From Podarcis erhardii (taxonomy: Eukaryota), in the NCBI GenBank assembly GCA_964252035.1, contig OZ176207.1: a DNA stretch of 64,000 bases, one strand, 5' to 3'. The position numbers and the translations under genes were made by a program. The notes under the pieces were generated by a model. It saw nothing but the letters and a program-made list of their open reading frames with translations, was not told the DNA's origin and did not search any database. Positions within the stretch are counted from its first letter, which is position 1. Each line of letters starts with the position of its first letter. Shown here piece by piece: positions 1 to 13,621 of this stretch.

Positions 1-1556
1 CCCCTTTCAAAACTGTTTCAGATCTGGGATATATTTTGTTTGTACTCTTCTGTCTCAGTGTGCCATTTTAAGATTACTACCCAAATATATCCCAGATTGG
101 AAACAGTGTTGACTGGGTACATGCTTACTCAGCATGGCTTAGAAAAAAAGAAAAAGGTTCCTGACCTAAAGAGTAATGTCTTTTTATAGCACGGTACCTA
201 ATTCATTAGCATTGCAGTAAGAAAGGAAAATCCCCTGTAAATTCTATATTTAACAGCACTCTTGGTCACACTATCAGTGTTGTGTACCCTCCAGTCCACA
301 AGGGGGAGTGAGCATGCTAGAAATGCCACGCATTGTCACCAAAGTGAAAAGGCCTTGCCTCATTCCTTAGAAGGGCTGTGTCAAGGACAGGCCAAAGACA
401 TTTTGGTACCTGAGGCGAACCAAGGAATAAGGGATGAGTGAAAATCTACATCAGGAATGGGGAGGGGAGGGAATAAAGATCTACATCAGGATTGCTGCCC
501 CTGTGGATCTTGCCGCCCGAGGCAGTTGCCTCACCTTGCCTCATGAGTGGGCCGGCCCTGGCGCAGTCTTTGCCTGAGGAAATCCAGGTTGCAATGGGGA
601 AGAGCACTCATCCTACCCTTATAGTCCACATTCTTTTCCTCCATAGCAAATGGAACAAATTGTTAATTTTTGCATCGTAATCTGATGGAAAATCTACCTC
701 TCTTTCACACCATTGGCCAAGAGCATGGTTGCCCACTTACCTCCATTAATTGGCAGAACATAGGCTCCACTCTCTTGTGGTATTGCTTCCAGCAGTTGGG
801 AGGGCTATGAATACCACCCATCAAGTTGACCACATTTGTGCTAGAACTTTGGTGACTTCATTGTATGGCTTCCTTAAATCACCTCATTATGAAAGTATCT
901 GCTTTGCACATTAATATCAAACTTTGGTAACACAACTGCATTATGGAGAGTTTGACAGTAGGTCAGTATATCCCTGAAAACCCTGCCTAATAGCAGTTAT
1001 GCTTCCTGACTAACTTCATTGGTGCTTGGCAGCAATTGCTTGGGGTTAGGGGCGAGCTTCCTAACTGCTAAGCCTAGGGAGCTAAAATGATCCTGGCTTG
1101 AGAGGAGCAGATTTGTCTTCGTAGATGGACCCTTACAAAACTCTTACATTCAAATTAGGAATTCTGACTTTGGCATTTTAAGCAGTGTAAACTTGCAAGA
1201 CCCTTGGAATTATGTTAACACAGGAGTAAGGCTGTGGTCCCAAGTATTGCTTACTAAGTCAATTGCAACTTTCTGTTGTGGAATTATGTGGGATATTGGT
1301 GTGGGACCCTATCTGGGAATAATTTTACTACTTATGTTTTTTGTACATGTTAAGAACAGATCTGACAGCAACTTTGCTTTGGTTTATAGTCTGTGTTAAG
1401 AATAAAACATCGCCCGCCCGCCCCCCCCCCAAAAAAAAGTATTGGGGGAGATGGACAAAAAGAAATGGCTGAGGTGGTTATGAGTTACAGAAAGCTGATA
1501 GATTATGTAACCAATGGTATGATGTTAATTCTAAACTGTTCCATAAATCACATTAG

Positions 1557-1683
1557 ATGCTCCCTGGTGTGGAGTGAAAAATACCCACGCTGGTTCAAAA
1601 TATGTAAAAACCACATTCCCTACCAAAAAAAAGTGGGAAGAAGGACACTGCCTGAAGGACAGAAATGAACCTTGTCATATAAT
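1557..1683 (+). CDS. TATDN1: TATDN1 penultimate coding exon (TatD DNase domain-containing 1)
   Basis: AG acceptor at 1555-56 and GTAAGT donor at 1684. Translates (D)[41 protein letters not shown], matching the vertebrate TATDN1 C-terminal region. Not the frame shown in the ORF track. Confidence 0.95.
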
Positions 1684-3634
1684 GTAAGTATATAATTTAA
1701 TATATTTCAAGGCTCCAATTCAGCTTAATTTAGTTATGACGAAGTCTGGCTGAAACCAGTGGAATTAGTCATGAGAAACTTAAGTCCCATGGCTTTCAGA
1801 GGGGCTTGATCATGACTGACCTTTAGCTGGGCTGGAGCCCAAGGGGTTTAATTCCATATAAAGAGTGACACCTAACAGGCAGAGCAATTGTAACCACCAC
1901 CACCAACCAGCTGGTTAGGAGGGATGTAGCAGAGATTTCCCTCTGCCAATTCATGCTGCATCCATCAACAACACCGGCTGTTAAAAGGCTGTTAGCAGTA
2001 ATTGATTTAAGGCCCTGGAGTGAGGATGGGACAAGACTAACTACAGAGCCACTGGATTCTAAACTTGTCCAGCAGCTGGAGGAGTTTGAGCCTGCAGCTG
2101 GGGCAGCAATAATTAGGTATAATAAAATATAATAGTAATAATAAACAACTCTGCCCATCTGGCTGGGTTGCCCCAAACCATTCTGTCTAGATGTACTCTC
2201 TGAGCTTCCCACACAGGTCAAAACTCCTGGTTTTCCAGTAATTAGCAAGGTAAGATTTGCTTTGCTGGGTTACAACTGAGAGCCAGTCTTGTCTGCATTC
2301 TGTTTTCTGCAATAGCTAGTCATGTGCCTTTGGGAAGGTTACTAGAAAGGCATGAGGGCAATAGTCCTCTCCCCTGTTGATTGTCATCAGCTGGTACGCT
2401 TGAGGTTCTGCAGTCCAGAGAGGATATACATACCAAAGTACATCCTATGTGCCTATTGAAGGAAAAGCAGCTCTGTGAGGAATACTTGTGAGATAATACC
2501 ACAGGGAGCAAGAATGCAACCTCATCCTCTGTACCACTTTGAGAACGGGCGTTCTCACTCCTGACTTGCTCTGCAAGGCTCAAAGGGGAGAGAATACAGT
2601 GGGGGGGGGGTGGGAAATACATATTATATTTCAGTTGTCTAAATCAATGCCCTTTTGCCCTCATGAATTACTATAGCAATGTGTTTGCCTACAACTTATT
2701 AGATGCCACTGATGGTTTTTAGCTAGCGGTAGCAACAGTACTGAACACTACACAAATTAAAAATAAGCCCCGTTTGAAAGGTCAATGCCAAACAGAAGAA
2801 AATGGCCTCAAATGCCAAAATACGCAGATTTCAGAACTTGTGTTTGTCATGAAATCTAAAACCACCAATTTACCGATAAAGCATGATAGGGACTATAGTT
2901 TTCTGGTAGAACATACACTTGGCACAAGTAAATGTCAAAAGCTCAATCCCTGGCACCTCCAGTTAAAAAGGATCACATAGCAGGTGAAAGAAAGGCCAGT
3001 GCCCCAAAACATTGAAGAGCTACTGCCAGTCAACAGAGACAACACTGATCTAGGTGGACGAAGTCTGACCAGATTAAAGACAGCTTTTTATGTTCTGAGA
3101 TGTGAGTTACCTGTCCACAATATTGCATACAGTTCAGCATTTAGATTGCAGCATTTCCTTCATTGCTTTTAGAATAAAATAAACTCAACACTGCAGACTT
3201 GTGCACATTTGCTACGGAGCAAGTCTTACTGAATTCATTAAAATTTCCTTCTATGCAGTGTTATCCATAGACCTATTGAAAGGCATAGTCATGACTTAGT
3301 CATGAACCAATGTGCCTGGTATTCCAACACACGACTGGTGTAGACATAGGAAGCAGATGTTGCTGCTTGTGTAACCTGCTTCACCATTGCTTTGGAGATG
3401 GAAATCTGCCTTCCCCTATAAATTTCAAGATAGATGAATAAGTGCATCACACTTTCCTTTATCTGAAACCTGTATATGATGTTATTTGGGTGTTTTTGTC
3501 TGACATAAAAAAAAATGGAATTCTAAATGCTATTTATGTAAACTTTAACCACCCTTGAACAAGTAATGTTCACAGTGAACATAACCACAGCGATGTGATT
3601 TTGCCTAAGGTGCTTCCCTTTTGCTTTGTTTTAG

Positions 3635-3737
3635 TCAAATACTGGAAATACTAGCAGCAGTACGTGAAGAAGATCCACTAGAACTGGCCAACACTACATA
3701 TAACAACAGCATTAAAATCTTCTTTCCAGATATGTAA
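3635..3737 (+). CDS. TATDN1: TATDN1 final coding exon
   Basis: Polypyrimidine tract plus AG at 3633-34; phase 2 matches the previous exon. Translates (I)[33 protein letters not shown]-stop (TAA 3735-37), like the human C-terminus [30 protein letters not shown]. Confidence 0.95.
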
Positions 3738-3781
3738 AGCATTTTATGTGTTATGATAAAAACTGGTAATCCTGTCCATGT

Positions 3782-3787
3782 AATAAA
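3782..3787 (+). terminator. Candidate TATDN1 polyadenylation signal AATAAA
   Basis: First AATAAA after the TATDN1 stop codon; usage not verifiable. Confidence 0.4.
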
Positions 3788-4407
3788 GATTTGACTCTTC
3801 TCTGCATCAAATCTGAAACCATTATTTAGAAACAGGCATGCTGTAAAGGTTTGATTAAACATCTAAGTAGAAAGCTTTCACCCCCACCCCGTGAAATATT
3901 TTCCTCGTGGTTCTTTTTTTGCCAAGCATTTATTTCAATTTATTTTACTATCCAGTTGACTCTGTTATATGGAATATAATGTCTTACTATTCTTATAGAA
4001 CTGAAAATGGCACAAGGGCCTCTGACCATCTATCTTCCAAGAGAAATGCAACCCTTAGCAAAAACAACAGTTTCTTCATCCCCAACATGTCTCTTTCTCA
4101 TAAACATAAACACAGTAGCAAGAATGGTAACAGTTATGCAAACCTAAAATTTTAATTTTTGCTGTCAAGTTGGAAACGATGCTTTGATAGGATTTTTAAA
4201 TAACTGACATCTGTTAACCCTTATCCAATATTTTAATTGGTTTAAAGGGTGACTCCTTGAGACACTGGCTTGTTTTCAATATATCCAAAAACCATGGGCT
4301 TAAGTTTACCAAAGTGCGGGAACTTTTTGACACAACTTGCACACTATAATTTTTTGATCAATTAAGAAGTGTTTTGTTCAACTGTTTTAAAAAATATGCG
4401 AAAACAC

Positions 4408-4413
4408 TTTATT
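4408..4413 (-). terminator. Candidate RNF139 polyadenylation signal (AATAAA on minus strand)
   Basis: TTTATT on plus, about 240 nt past the RNF139 stop. A more proximal one lies at 4582-4587. Confidence 0.4.
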
Positions 4414-4651
4414 CCATGTACAATAATGTACATAAAGTTTAAGGTGGTCGCAAAAGAGACCAGCAGTAATTAAGAGGTATATTTACAATCGCACATCACA
4501 GTAAATTGACAACCCCATTCACAGATTCAACATTTTGAGATACTGTTCTTGTGCTTAGTTACACACTGATGAAGTGAAGCTTTTATTCCATAGTTGAACT
4601 CCACTATTAACACCCACCCACAGTGTTCAGTACATGACTTTTTAAACCAAG

Positions 4652-6474
4652 TCATGTTCCCTGTTCTGAGTGTTCTTCGGGCAATGTGACAGACTGACTT
4701 GAATTCTCAGTCTCTGCTTCCTCCTCACTCTCAGAACTGTCATTATCTTCATTTAGTTCATTTTCCATATCAGCAGCTGCATCTTCTCCTTGCAAAGGAT
4801 TTTCATCAGGTTCATTTTCATCGAGTGCAACAAAGCCATTGTTATTTGAGATATTGAGATTCTCCTTCTCCTCAGTATAAACTTTTTGATGGCACATTGG
4901 ACAAGTGTCTTGAATGTAGAGCCATTTCCGAAGGCAAAGTGCATGGAAGTAATGGTTACATGGAGTAATACGAGCAGATGTAGTAAACTCGTGGTAGCAG
5001 ATTGCACACACGTCATCGATTTCACGTAATCGCTCTCCTTTGACTTCAGGAAGTGAGTTGATTTTCTCAACAGCTGTCCTGCGGTTGATAAAGGTTTTCC
5101 AGCCATTCTTTGCCTGCAGGTAGATGTTGAAGTAGGCATGCAGACACATCATACAAGCCCGGATTTTGCTTCCTGATTCAAACACCATGGTGTAAGCACC
5201 ATTCCCAAACATTATCACTCCAAATATAAACTCAATTATATTGCCCGTCGATCGAACATAGTAGACATAATCATCAAGCTTTTCCCATAGGACATTATAG
5301 TAGCCATCAATCATAAAGAGTACATACACAGTGATAGAAACAATAACCTTCAGGCAGAGTTCCACGCAGAATGCCGTAACAGCAAACAGCCATGTATTTA
5401 GTGCATAGTGGTGCCAAAGCATGTAACTGAGCAAAATTGGAAGAACAAAGAGGCAAGCTGAGACGAAGAGCACAGGAAAGTGTCTGCGAAATGAGGACAC
5501 ATGGGAGGCACTCAGAGACATTAGGACAGGGTCTGTCATTCCGTGGATAAAATGCAGGACTGCGGTCAGCAAAAGGCACATGTTTCGACTCAAGCGAACT
5601 AGTCTCTCTTCTGGCTTAAGCCCACTTAAACCAGTCTGCAGGGCCAAAATAAAAAATAAAACTGGTGCCACAAAACCAAGCCTTTTGTCGTCTTCATCAG
5701 TAGATCCAATAAAGGCCAGGATACCAAGCCCCAGGTAGTGAGCTATAGATGAAATTACAGCACTCATGCCTAATACAGTTAAAGTGGAATCACACCCGCT
5801 GACAATAAGGCTGCAAAATAACTCCCAAAAACTGTCCCAAGAAATCATGTAAAATTTAATGCCTGGATCAGTTTCTGCCATTTTGATGAAGAATGTTAAT
5901 ACAACAGCTTGAGCTGCCAGCCTCGTTAGCCAAAAGACCCGCAAAACTGATGGAAAACGAATCCTTTTCCATGTATCTTCCAGCAACAGTTGTAATCCAT
6001 AAATGCGATACATGTGCCTTATAAGAAGATAGACATACCGTGAAGAGTAGTAGAACCGTTTAATTTTATAAACTAAAACGACCAGGGTGTATACTGTCAA
6101 AATGAAGCCTGAGGTAAAGACTAAAATCTGCCTGATGTGTAACGGCAATTCAATGATCAAGCCTACAAGAGGAATCAATAAATCCAGTATGATTAGCTGA
6201 GAATATATGGACTGGATATTTAACAGTGCAACGTAGCCAATTCCAAAGGCAAGCTGAAGGACAGAGAGTGCCATCCCTAAGGAAGGTCCTTTATGAGGAA
6301 GGAGCTGAACTCCAAAAGGTGTTGTATAAGAGGCACTGTGGAAGTTTATGTGCAAAAAAGCGTAATAGTTCACCATCACTGATGTTGCGGCTAGCAGAAG
6401 AGCGGAGCTGATCGTATAAAACTTGAAAAGTGATCTTTGTGACAGAATCAGAACAACACTGGATACAAAGACAC
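4652..6474 (-). CDS. RNF139: RNF139 (TRC8) exon 2: sterol-sensing multi-pass membrane domain, RING-H2 E3 ligase, acidic tail
   Basis: Minus-strand acceptor ...ctccttttag at 6476-75. Reads (G)VFVSSVVLILSQRSLFKFY... through RING-H2 CAICYHEFTTSARITPCNHYFHALCLRKWLYIQDTCPMC to TGA at 4654-52. 1823 nt, phase 1. Confidence 0.98.
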
Positions 6475-7375
6475 CTAAAAGGAGGAGGAAAGGAGAGTTA
6501 GTTGCACACTCTAAAATGACAATTGCTCAATGACTCTAAAGCACATGCGCTTTGAACAAGTGTGACTGTTAAGTTTTCAGCCCTCTCTGTAAATTCAATC
6601 TACAGTTCAATTTTATAGAAGCTGTACTCCAATTAATCCAATCCTAGTAAATACTAATTTCCACGCAGCCCAGAATATCAACTCTTGAACAGGCATACCA
6701 GGGGGTCTGGCTTAATAGACTACAGTATAGTGTAAATGTCACTTTTATATGTACTGGGAAGCAAAAAAACGTGTATAACTCGCTTTACTGCAATATTCGC
6801 TTACTGCGGTGGTCTGGAATCTAACTCGCAATAATCTCTGAGGTATGCCTGTATATTCACTTGCTCCAAACTACTGAGGACAAATAAGCACAATTGAAAT
6901 GAGGGCAAACTAATCACTTGTTTGATAGCATCAATTAGGCCACCATCTCTACATACGTTGCTGTTCCTCCGTTGCTGTTCCTCCGTAGCAGCTCAGACCT
7001 CCTACCAGCAAGTTGGAGATCATCAACACAGAGCAATATATACCAAAGTCATTCTTGATTGGGGCCAGAGGGGGCCTTCTTAGTGATCACACCCAGACTG
7101 TGGGATTTGGTGCTCAGAGAGTTTCTTCACCCCTTCCCTGAGGGTCTTTTGCAGTAATTAAGAAGGCCTTGGTTGCTAGATGGGCGTTTAGTTTTTTTAT
7201 GGCTTTGATACTTAGAAAAAACAGCAGTAAAAACTAGATAATAGCATTTAGTATTTGTTTGTACCTTGATTTCATTCATTCTATTTCCCCTCTGCATATA
7301 GGTTGTGTTGTGTTGTTTGCTTGTGTTTTTGGTAGGCATCCTGAACTTTTTCTAAATACAGACTGTATTCACATA

Positions 7376-7656
7376 CAGTGGTGCCTCGCAAGACGAAATT
7401 AATCTGTTCCGCGAGTCTCTTCGTCTAGCGGTTTTTTCGTCTTGCATTTTCGTCAAGCCCATTGATGGCTTAGCGGCTTAGCGGCTTAGCGGCTTAGCGG
7501 TTTAGAAAAAGGGGGGGGAGGAAAAAAACCCCGCAGGAACTCGCAAGACATTTTCGTCTTGCGAAGCAAGCCCATAGGGAAATTCGTTTTGCGAAGCGCC
7601 TCCAAAATGGAAAACCCTTTCGTCTAGCGGGTTTTCCGTCTTGCGAGGCACCACTG
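7376..7656. mobile_element. Tc1/mariner (Tigger-like) MITE
   Basis: TIR CAGTGGTGCCTCGCAAGACG, TA TSD, internal (GCGGCTTA)n tandem. Confidence 0.88.
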
Positions 7657-8488
7657 TATATCATATAAACAACAGGAATATAACGGGGGCCGCCAGCCTT
7701 TGTGGGCCCATGAGCAACTTGGAGAACTGGAACTATTATGGGCATCATGCACACAATGTGATCCCAACACACCACAACCTTTTTTACTGGCTACAATGAA
7801 ATGCTCTTTTAAGCCTAATTTCAGTAGGGGAACTGAACCCTCTGGGTGCAAGGAAAGGCCTCTGGAGGTGCATCTTTGTCTGAAGGTGCCACATTGGTGA
7901 TCAGCATTTTAAAATTACATTGTATGAAGGTAAGAAATGGTCTAGGGAAATAAAACAACCATTTATGGATGAGTGAACAGCACTGTAACTGTACTTAACA
8001 TCACAGCCTGTTGCTGCCTATTATACCAATCACTGATTTACATAGTGGTTACGCTTACACAAACACTGAAAACACTTGTTTTTCCAACCCCACAGCAGTA
8101 TGTTCTTATACAATAAGAGTGCAAACCAGGCATTTCTTATGGTGTTTTAATACAAAACCTGCAGGTGTGTCAATGACAGGGTTAACAAGCAATATAGCCA
8201 ACAGCCGAGCCCCATTATCATGCAGTTTCACTCTACCATCTGGGTTTTTTGCCAAAATGGGGAAAGAAAGAACCATGTACACCACCTGGAGCTCCTTGGA
8301 GGAAAAGGTGGTATATAAATTTAATAAATAAAATAAAACCCATCAATATTTGCAGGCTGGGGCTCCTAATAGATTTTTGTGCCCTACCAATTAAGAATTT
8401 GAGGTTTTCTGATAAATACTGCTTGCCTAATCTGACGACAAGAAGGCTCATGACTGGAAGAGATCAGTGATTAATTAAATGATTAGAG

Positions 8489-8676
8489 CAGGCATATCCA
8501 AAGTCCATTTCGGGGGCCTAATCCGACCCCTGTGGCAGTTTATTTCCTAGGTTAAAATCCTTTAAAAACCCTCAACCACTTCAACCCTAAAAAAATGGTC
8601 AACAACTTTAGCTGGCCCTTGCAGCCCTTCACTTCATCAAATCTGGCCCTCTTTGAAAAAAGTTTGGACACTACTG
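8489..8676. mobile_element. hAT-type MITE
   Basis: CAG...CTG termini with perfect 8-bp TSD GATTAGAG (8481-88, 8677-84). Confidence 0.82.
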
Positions 8677-8981
8677 GATTAGAGACTGAGCATATTACAC
8701 AGATCCTGGTCTGACTGCACTGGTTACCAATTCATTTCCAGGCCCAATTCAAAGTGCCTATAAAGCCTGTCGGGTATGTTTTATTTTATGCTTTGCATGC
8801 CTGCTGTTTATTCGTTAGTAAAACTGTTTTGGCTCCCCTTCCACCTACTCATTCCTTTTGTCCTGATATCCTTGGATAGAACTGCTGTATTTGGCAGACA
8901 AGGGTGATATATAAATTCAGAAAATAAAAAATAAATAAAATGTAAGTATCGGACAGACAGCACAAGATGGATTTTAACTTA

Positions 8982-9223
8982 CAGTGGTACCTCGGTTTAC
9001 GAACTTAATCTGTTCTAGAAGTCCGTTCTTAAAGCAAAACTGTTCTTAAACCGAGGTGTGCGCTTTCCTTAATGAAGCCTCCCGCCGCTGGTGCCCTTCC
9101 ACCGTTCGGCTCCATTCTTAGACCGAGGTAAAGTTCGCAAACTGGGACACTATTTCTGGTTTTGCGGAGTTCTTAAACCGAATATTTCGTAAACAAGGCT
9201 GTTCTTAAACCGAGGTACCACTG
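8982..9223. mobile_element. Tc1/mariner (Tigger-like) MITE
   Basis: TIR CAGTGGTACCTCGGTTTA, TA TSD. Confidence 0.88.
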
Positions 9224-9496
9224 TACTTGCTTTTACCTATGAATGAAATGGTTCATGAAGACCTCAAATTGGGCCAATGGCCTATGTATTATTGAGAGTA
9301 GACAACTTTCTACTGGATTTCGGGAAAAGGCATATCTAAGATGACAATTATTTGTATCATTCAAAACACTAGTCAATATCATCTGAAACACTGCATTTAG
9401 CATTGGTATTTCAAGCTAAAACTGATTTGCTTTTATTTAACCACTCGCCTAGTCATCACTGGCAACCAGGAATTCCATGCAGGCAAGTGTGTGAGA

Positions 9497-9710
9497 AATT
9501 CCAACTAAACATCAGTAAGAACTTTCTGACAGTAAGAGCTGTTCAACAGTAGAATGGACTCCCTTGGGAGGTGGCAGACTTTCCTTCCTTGGAGGTTTCT
9601 AAGCAGAGGTTGGATTGCCATCTGTCATGGATGCTTTAGGTGAGATTCCTGCCTTGTAGGGGGTTGGACTAGATGACCCTCGGGACCCTTCCAACTCTAC
9701 AATTCTATGA
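9497..9710 (+). mobile_element. CR1 LINE 3' end
   Basis: Typical CR1 3' UTR ending CCCTTCCAACTCTACAATTCTATGA. Confidence 0.85.
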
Positions 9711-12158
9711 AATTATCTCCAGGTCAGTGAGCAGGCTGGAGAAGAAGGGGCAGAATGCTATTTCTACTACAGCAGCTCACTCTGTTTTTGTACTGGCCAC
9801 AAAGAAAAGGGTTTTACTGTCTCCACAGCCCCTGTTGGAGCCCGCAATCCCCCATCCCGTCTTTTTACTCATAAGCGTGGGTGTGGTGGGCAGCATTGCC
9901 TCACTTCACTATTATTATTATTATTAATTATGATTAAACTTGTATACTGCTCTTCATCTGAAGATCACAGGGCAGTTCACAACATTAAAATAAAAAATGA
10001 AAACACATAAAACAAAAATGAAAGCAAACAAAACAACACCCCCCCCCTTACAGGCAGAATTAAAAGGCCACAGAATATTAATCAATACAATAAATTCCAC
10101 AAAGCCAGGAAAGGTAATCTTGCCACCTCAACAGTAGGGTGGGGCTGTCAACGCACCAGAATTCCCCACCTCTCCTGCAAGACAGTAAGCTTCCCCCAGC
10201 TTGTATATTGGGAACATGCTGGGAACAACATAGTCTGCGTCTCTAAGAATGCGTCTCTAAGAACCTGAGTGAACTGTAGGTTTTCAGAGAGTCAAGGTGG
10301 AGGAAGGTCAGAACTGCAACCCCCTTTGTGAGTAAACAGCACACAAGTAAAAATGCTTCCAGGCTGGTAACTTTGGGGGGGCTTACTAACAGGATTGCCG
10401 TGAGCCCTGTGGGACTATATTTGGCTGGATGGGTCACAAGTTATTCAGGCCTCACTTAAAGGACCATTACAATCAATCTGGAAAACAAGCAGCAGCAACC
10501 AGAATGATCAGAAGCTGCTGAATGCAGATTAAGAGCTTGGTCATGCCTTACAATAATTATTATTGGAGAAGCACATGAGTTATTAGTGCACTGAACTGAA
10601 GATAACTCATAAGGAAAATTAACAAATCTGTTTATAATCTAATAGTGATTGTTATTTCTCAAATCGTCTTTAGCTGAGACGCAATATGATTGTACTCCAG
10701 AAAATATTGGTGGTGGCACTGGCGAGGGGAATAGCGCTATTAGTTTAAAAACCCCCAAAGTATATACTTTTTCCATTATGGGGTTTTTTTAAAAAAGGAT
10801 TTAGAGCCACTAGTTAGTCATAAGAGCAAAGAACCTGGTTTCAAAACAACAAGATAACTTCAGATAGAGTATTCATTGGGTTTCAACTATTGCCCAATGG
10901 GCCAGAAAGAGTTCCCTATCACGTGATGTGGGATGAAGCAGTGGACCTACTAAGATTCTTTGGTGCATTCAAGGCAAATGGGTAAGAAGTGCTCGAGTGG
11001 TATAGTAGTTAGTGTCTCCTCTTCTGGCTTAAAATAACTTGTTTATAACAGTGACCTTTCACTCATACTGGACAGCAAACCTATATTCCTCCCAGGGGAA
11101 AGTAGTGAGACGCTACTTCTATTCTTTCCAAATTGGAATGAGGGAATAAACTTATTTGGACGGATTTACTAGGACAACATTTATTCAACGTTCCTGTAAG
11201 GCTTGGCGGGAACAAGGATTTTGGATCAAAATATAGTCCCTAGAAAACAAAGGAAACGTCAAGTGAAGCTTGTCTTTTTTTAACTGTTTTACTGAGGTGA
11301 GAGTAACCAGAGTATGCAAAGGTGTTGTAAATGTTAACATTCTTTATGCCAGTGTTTGAAACTACCATTGTTCTAGGTGCATTTTGTGACAAGGAATTTT
11401 ATTAGAGTGAGCAGTTTCTGAGCTCTGGGCACAGTTCTGAACGTAAGATATCAGATTAAAACTGCAGAGTGGAAATAAAGGAAGACCTTCTTCTGCCTCT
11501 CCACTTCCAGCCACTCTCTGAAGACTGGAGAAGAGACCTTCTTAAGAATATTAAGGGGTGGGCAGGGGAAGGACTAGACCATGTGGAAAATGAACGTAAT
11601 GTTTTAGCTGCAGTTCATTCATTTTCAGCTTTGTATTCTTGTTATTAAAAAAGTGCACCTAGACATTCCGTTGTTGCGCCCATAACCTAGGTTTAAGGTG
11701 CCATTTAGCTCCTAGCTTTCCTATCTCAGTTTCTAACATGGCTTTACACACTGTATATTTGTATTTGGACATTAAATTACTGCAAAGTGTTCTAAATAAT
11801 GTGTAATTGGACATGCAATTCTGACTTCCCAATAAAAGGGGGAAAGCTGATGTTGGCTTCTAAATCAAAAGTGTCTCAATGAAAAATACAAGAACTACTA
11901 TCCTAGTAATTAAAGCAAGGGGAAATAACCTTTTAGATGTATATCAACTGCATGATTATTCAATGTGTTTTCTAAGGGGAAAGGTTATAGGACTGCCAAA
12001 TGATCTCTGGCTGAGAGATTAACTGCTAAATATTACCGTATATCTCTCAGGAAATTGTCTTTTCTATCTGTAATCTCATTATACTAGCTACAGTGCCCAC
12101 ATGGGCCGGCAAATAAGGAGCTCTCTTATCTATAGCCATATGTTTGAGTAAGGGAATA

Positions 12159-12760
12159 AAGGTAAAGGGACCCCTGACCATTAGGTCCAGTCGTGACCGA
12201 CTCTGGGGTTGCGGTGCTCATCTTGCTTTATTGGCCGACGGAGCCGGCGTACAGCTTCTGGGTCATGTGGCCAGCATGACTAAGCCGCTTCTGGCGAACC
12301 AGAGCAGCACACAGAAACGCTGTTTACCTTCCCGCCGGAGTGCTACCTATTTATCTACTTGCATTTTCATGTGCTTTCGAACTGCTAGGTGGGCAGGAGC
12401 TGGGACCGAGCAACGGGAGCTCACCCCGTCACAGGGATTCGAACCGCCGACCTTCTGATCAGCAAGAAGAAGAAGAAGAAGAGTTTGGATTTGATATCCC
12501 GCCTTTCACTCCCCTTCAGGAGTCTCAAAGCAGCTAACAATCTCCTTTCCCTTCCTCCCCCACAACAAACACTCTGTGAGGTGAGTGGGGCTGAGCGACT
12601 TCAAAGAAGTGTGACTGGCCCAAGGTCACCCAGCAGCTGCATGTGGAGGTGCGGAGACGCGAACCTGGTTCCCCAGATTACGAGACTACCGCTCTTAACC
12701 ACTACACCACACTGGCTCTCCTAGGCTCTGTGGTTTAACCCACAGCGCCACCCATGTCCC
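12159..12760 (-). mobile_element. Sauria SINE (Squam1-type), interrupted by a second SINE
   Basis: Diagnostic body (GGGACCCCTGACCATTAGGTCC...CACAGCGCCACCC); TSD AGTAAGGGAATA at 12147-58 and 12762-73; split at 12466/12719. Confidence 0.9.
12467..12720 (-). mobile_element. tRNA-derived SINE (Squam3-like) nested in Sauria SINE
   Basis: Minus-strand head GAGAGCCAGTGTGGTGTAGTGGTTAAGAGC, (CTT)n tail; close match to the copy at 55103-55352. Confidence 0.85.
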
Positions 12761-13621
12761 AAGTAAGGGAATATGCCAGTATAAATTTAAACCATTCAAG
12801 ATATATCCAGAGTAGGACTGGGCAATATTATCAATATGTGGACGCAGACCACAATTACAGCTTCACTCGGCCAGCGGTATATCGCTGGTGAAACTGCTGC
12901 CGCTTGAATCCCTCTCCTCCAGGGTACTACGGGAAAAACAAACTAGCTGGGAGCTGGAGGCAGAGTGGCAGTTTCATCAGCAATATACCACAGGTGAAAC
13001 CACAATCACACTCTGCCCCGGCAGAGAGAGAATCAAGCTGAATCAGCGAGGAGCGTGCTGCTGCCCTCGCCTCAGACAAGCAGTTTTAAGGAGCCCCCGA
13101 CCCGCAGAAGCCAACGGCGCGATGGGGGCTCAGTTAAAATGCTCCCCCTTTCCAGCTGAGAGAGCCTAATTCCGCTCCTGCTTGCACAGGAGTAGGAGTG
13201 GGAGCAGGGCTGCTCAGTTGAGGAGCGTGAAGCTGACTGGATATGGAGAGAACTGTACATTTTAGGAAATTCATAAATTAATACGTGAGTGCAGATTATG
13301 TAAAACCATTTGTATCTCCAACATTCAACTGCTCTATATAATTACAAAAAATATTCTCAGTATCTCAACAAACCCAACAAAAATCTAAATCCTTGAACAT
13401 AATCTACCATAGCATTCTGAAAATCAAACTCTCTACCATTCTCTCTCCAAAATTATATAAACAGGTGTCATTTTGTTTGAGGAGTATCTGAAGTAATTCT
13501 GGTCTCTTGATAATCTTCTCCGTAATTGCAATAACACATACTCTAAGTAATCAGGTTTTCATTTCTGGGATTTTATCATCGTTCCAAAGTCTAACCAAAG
13601 CATTTTAGCTAGAACTGGATA

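Noticed and set aside
1393-1668. 91-aa ORF
   Set aside because: Overlaps the TATDN1 exon in the wrong frame and lacks its own support.
4753-6411. Alternative-frame ORFs inside RNF139 exon 2
   Set aside because: Short, no homology recognised, expected by chance within a long CDS.
12808-13260. hAT-like element starting TAGGACTGGGCAATAT
   Set aside because: Only one plausible terminus and no TSD; too weak to annotate.
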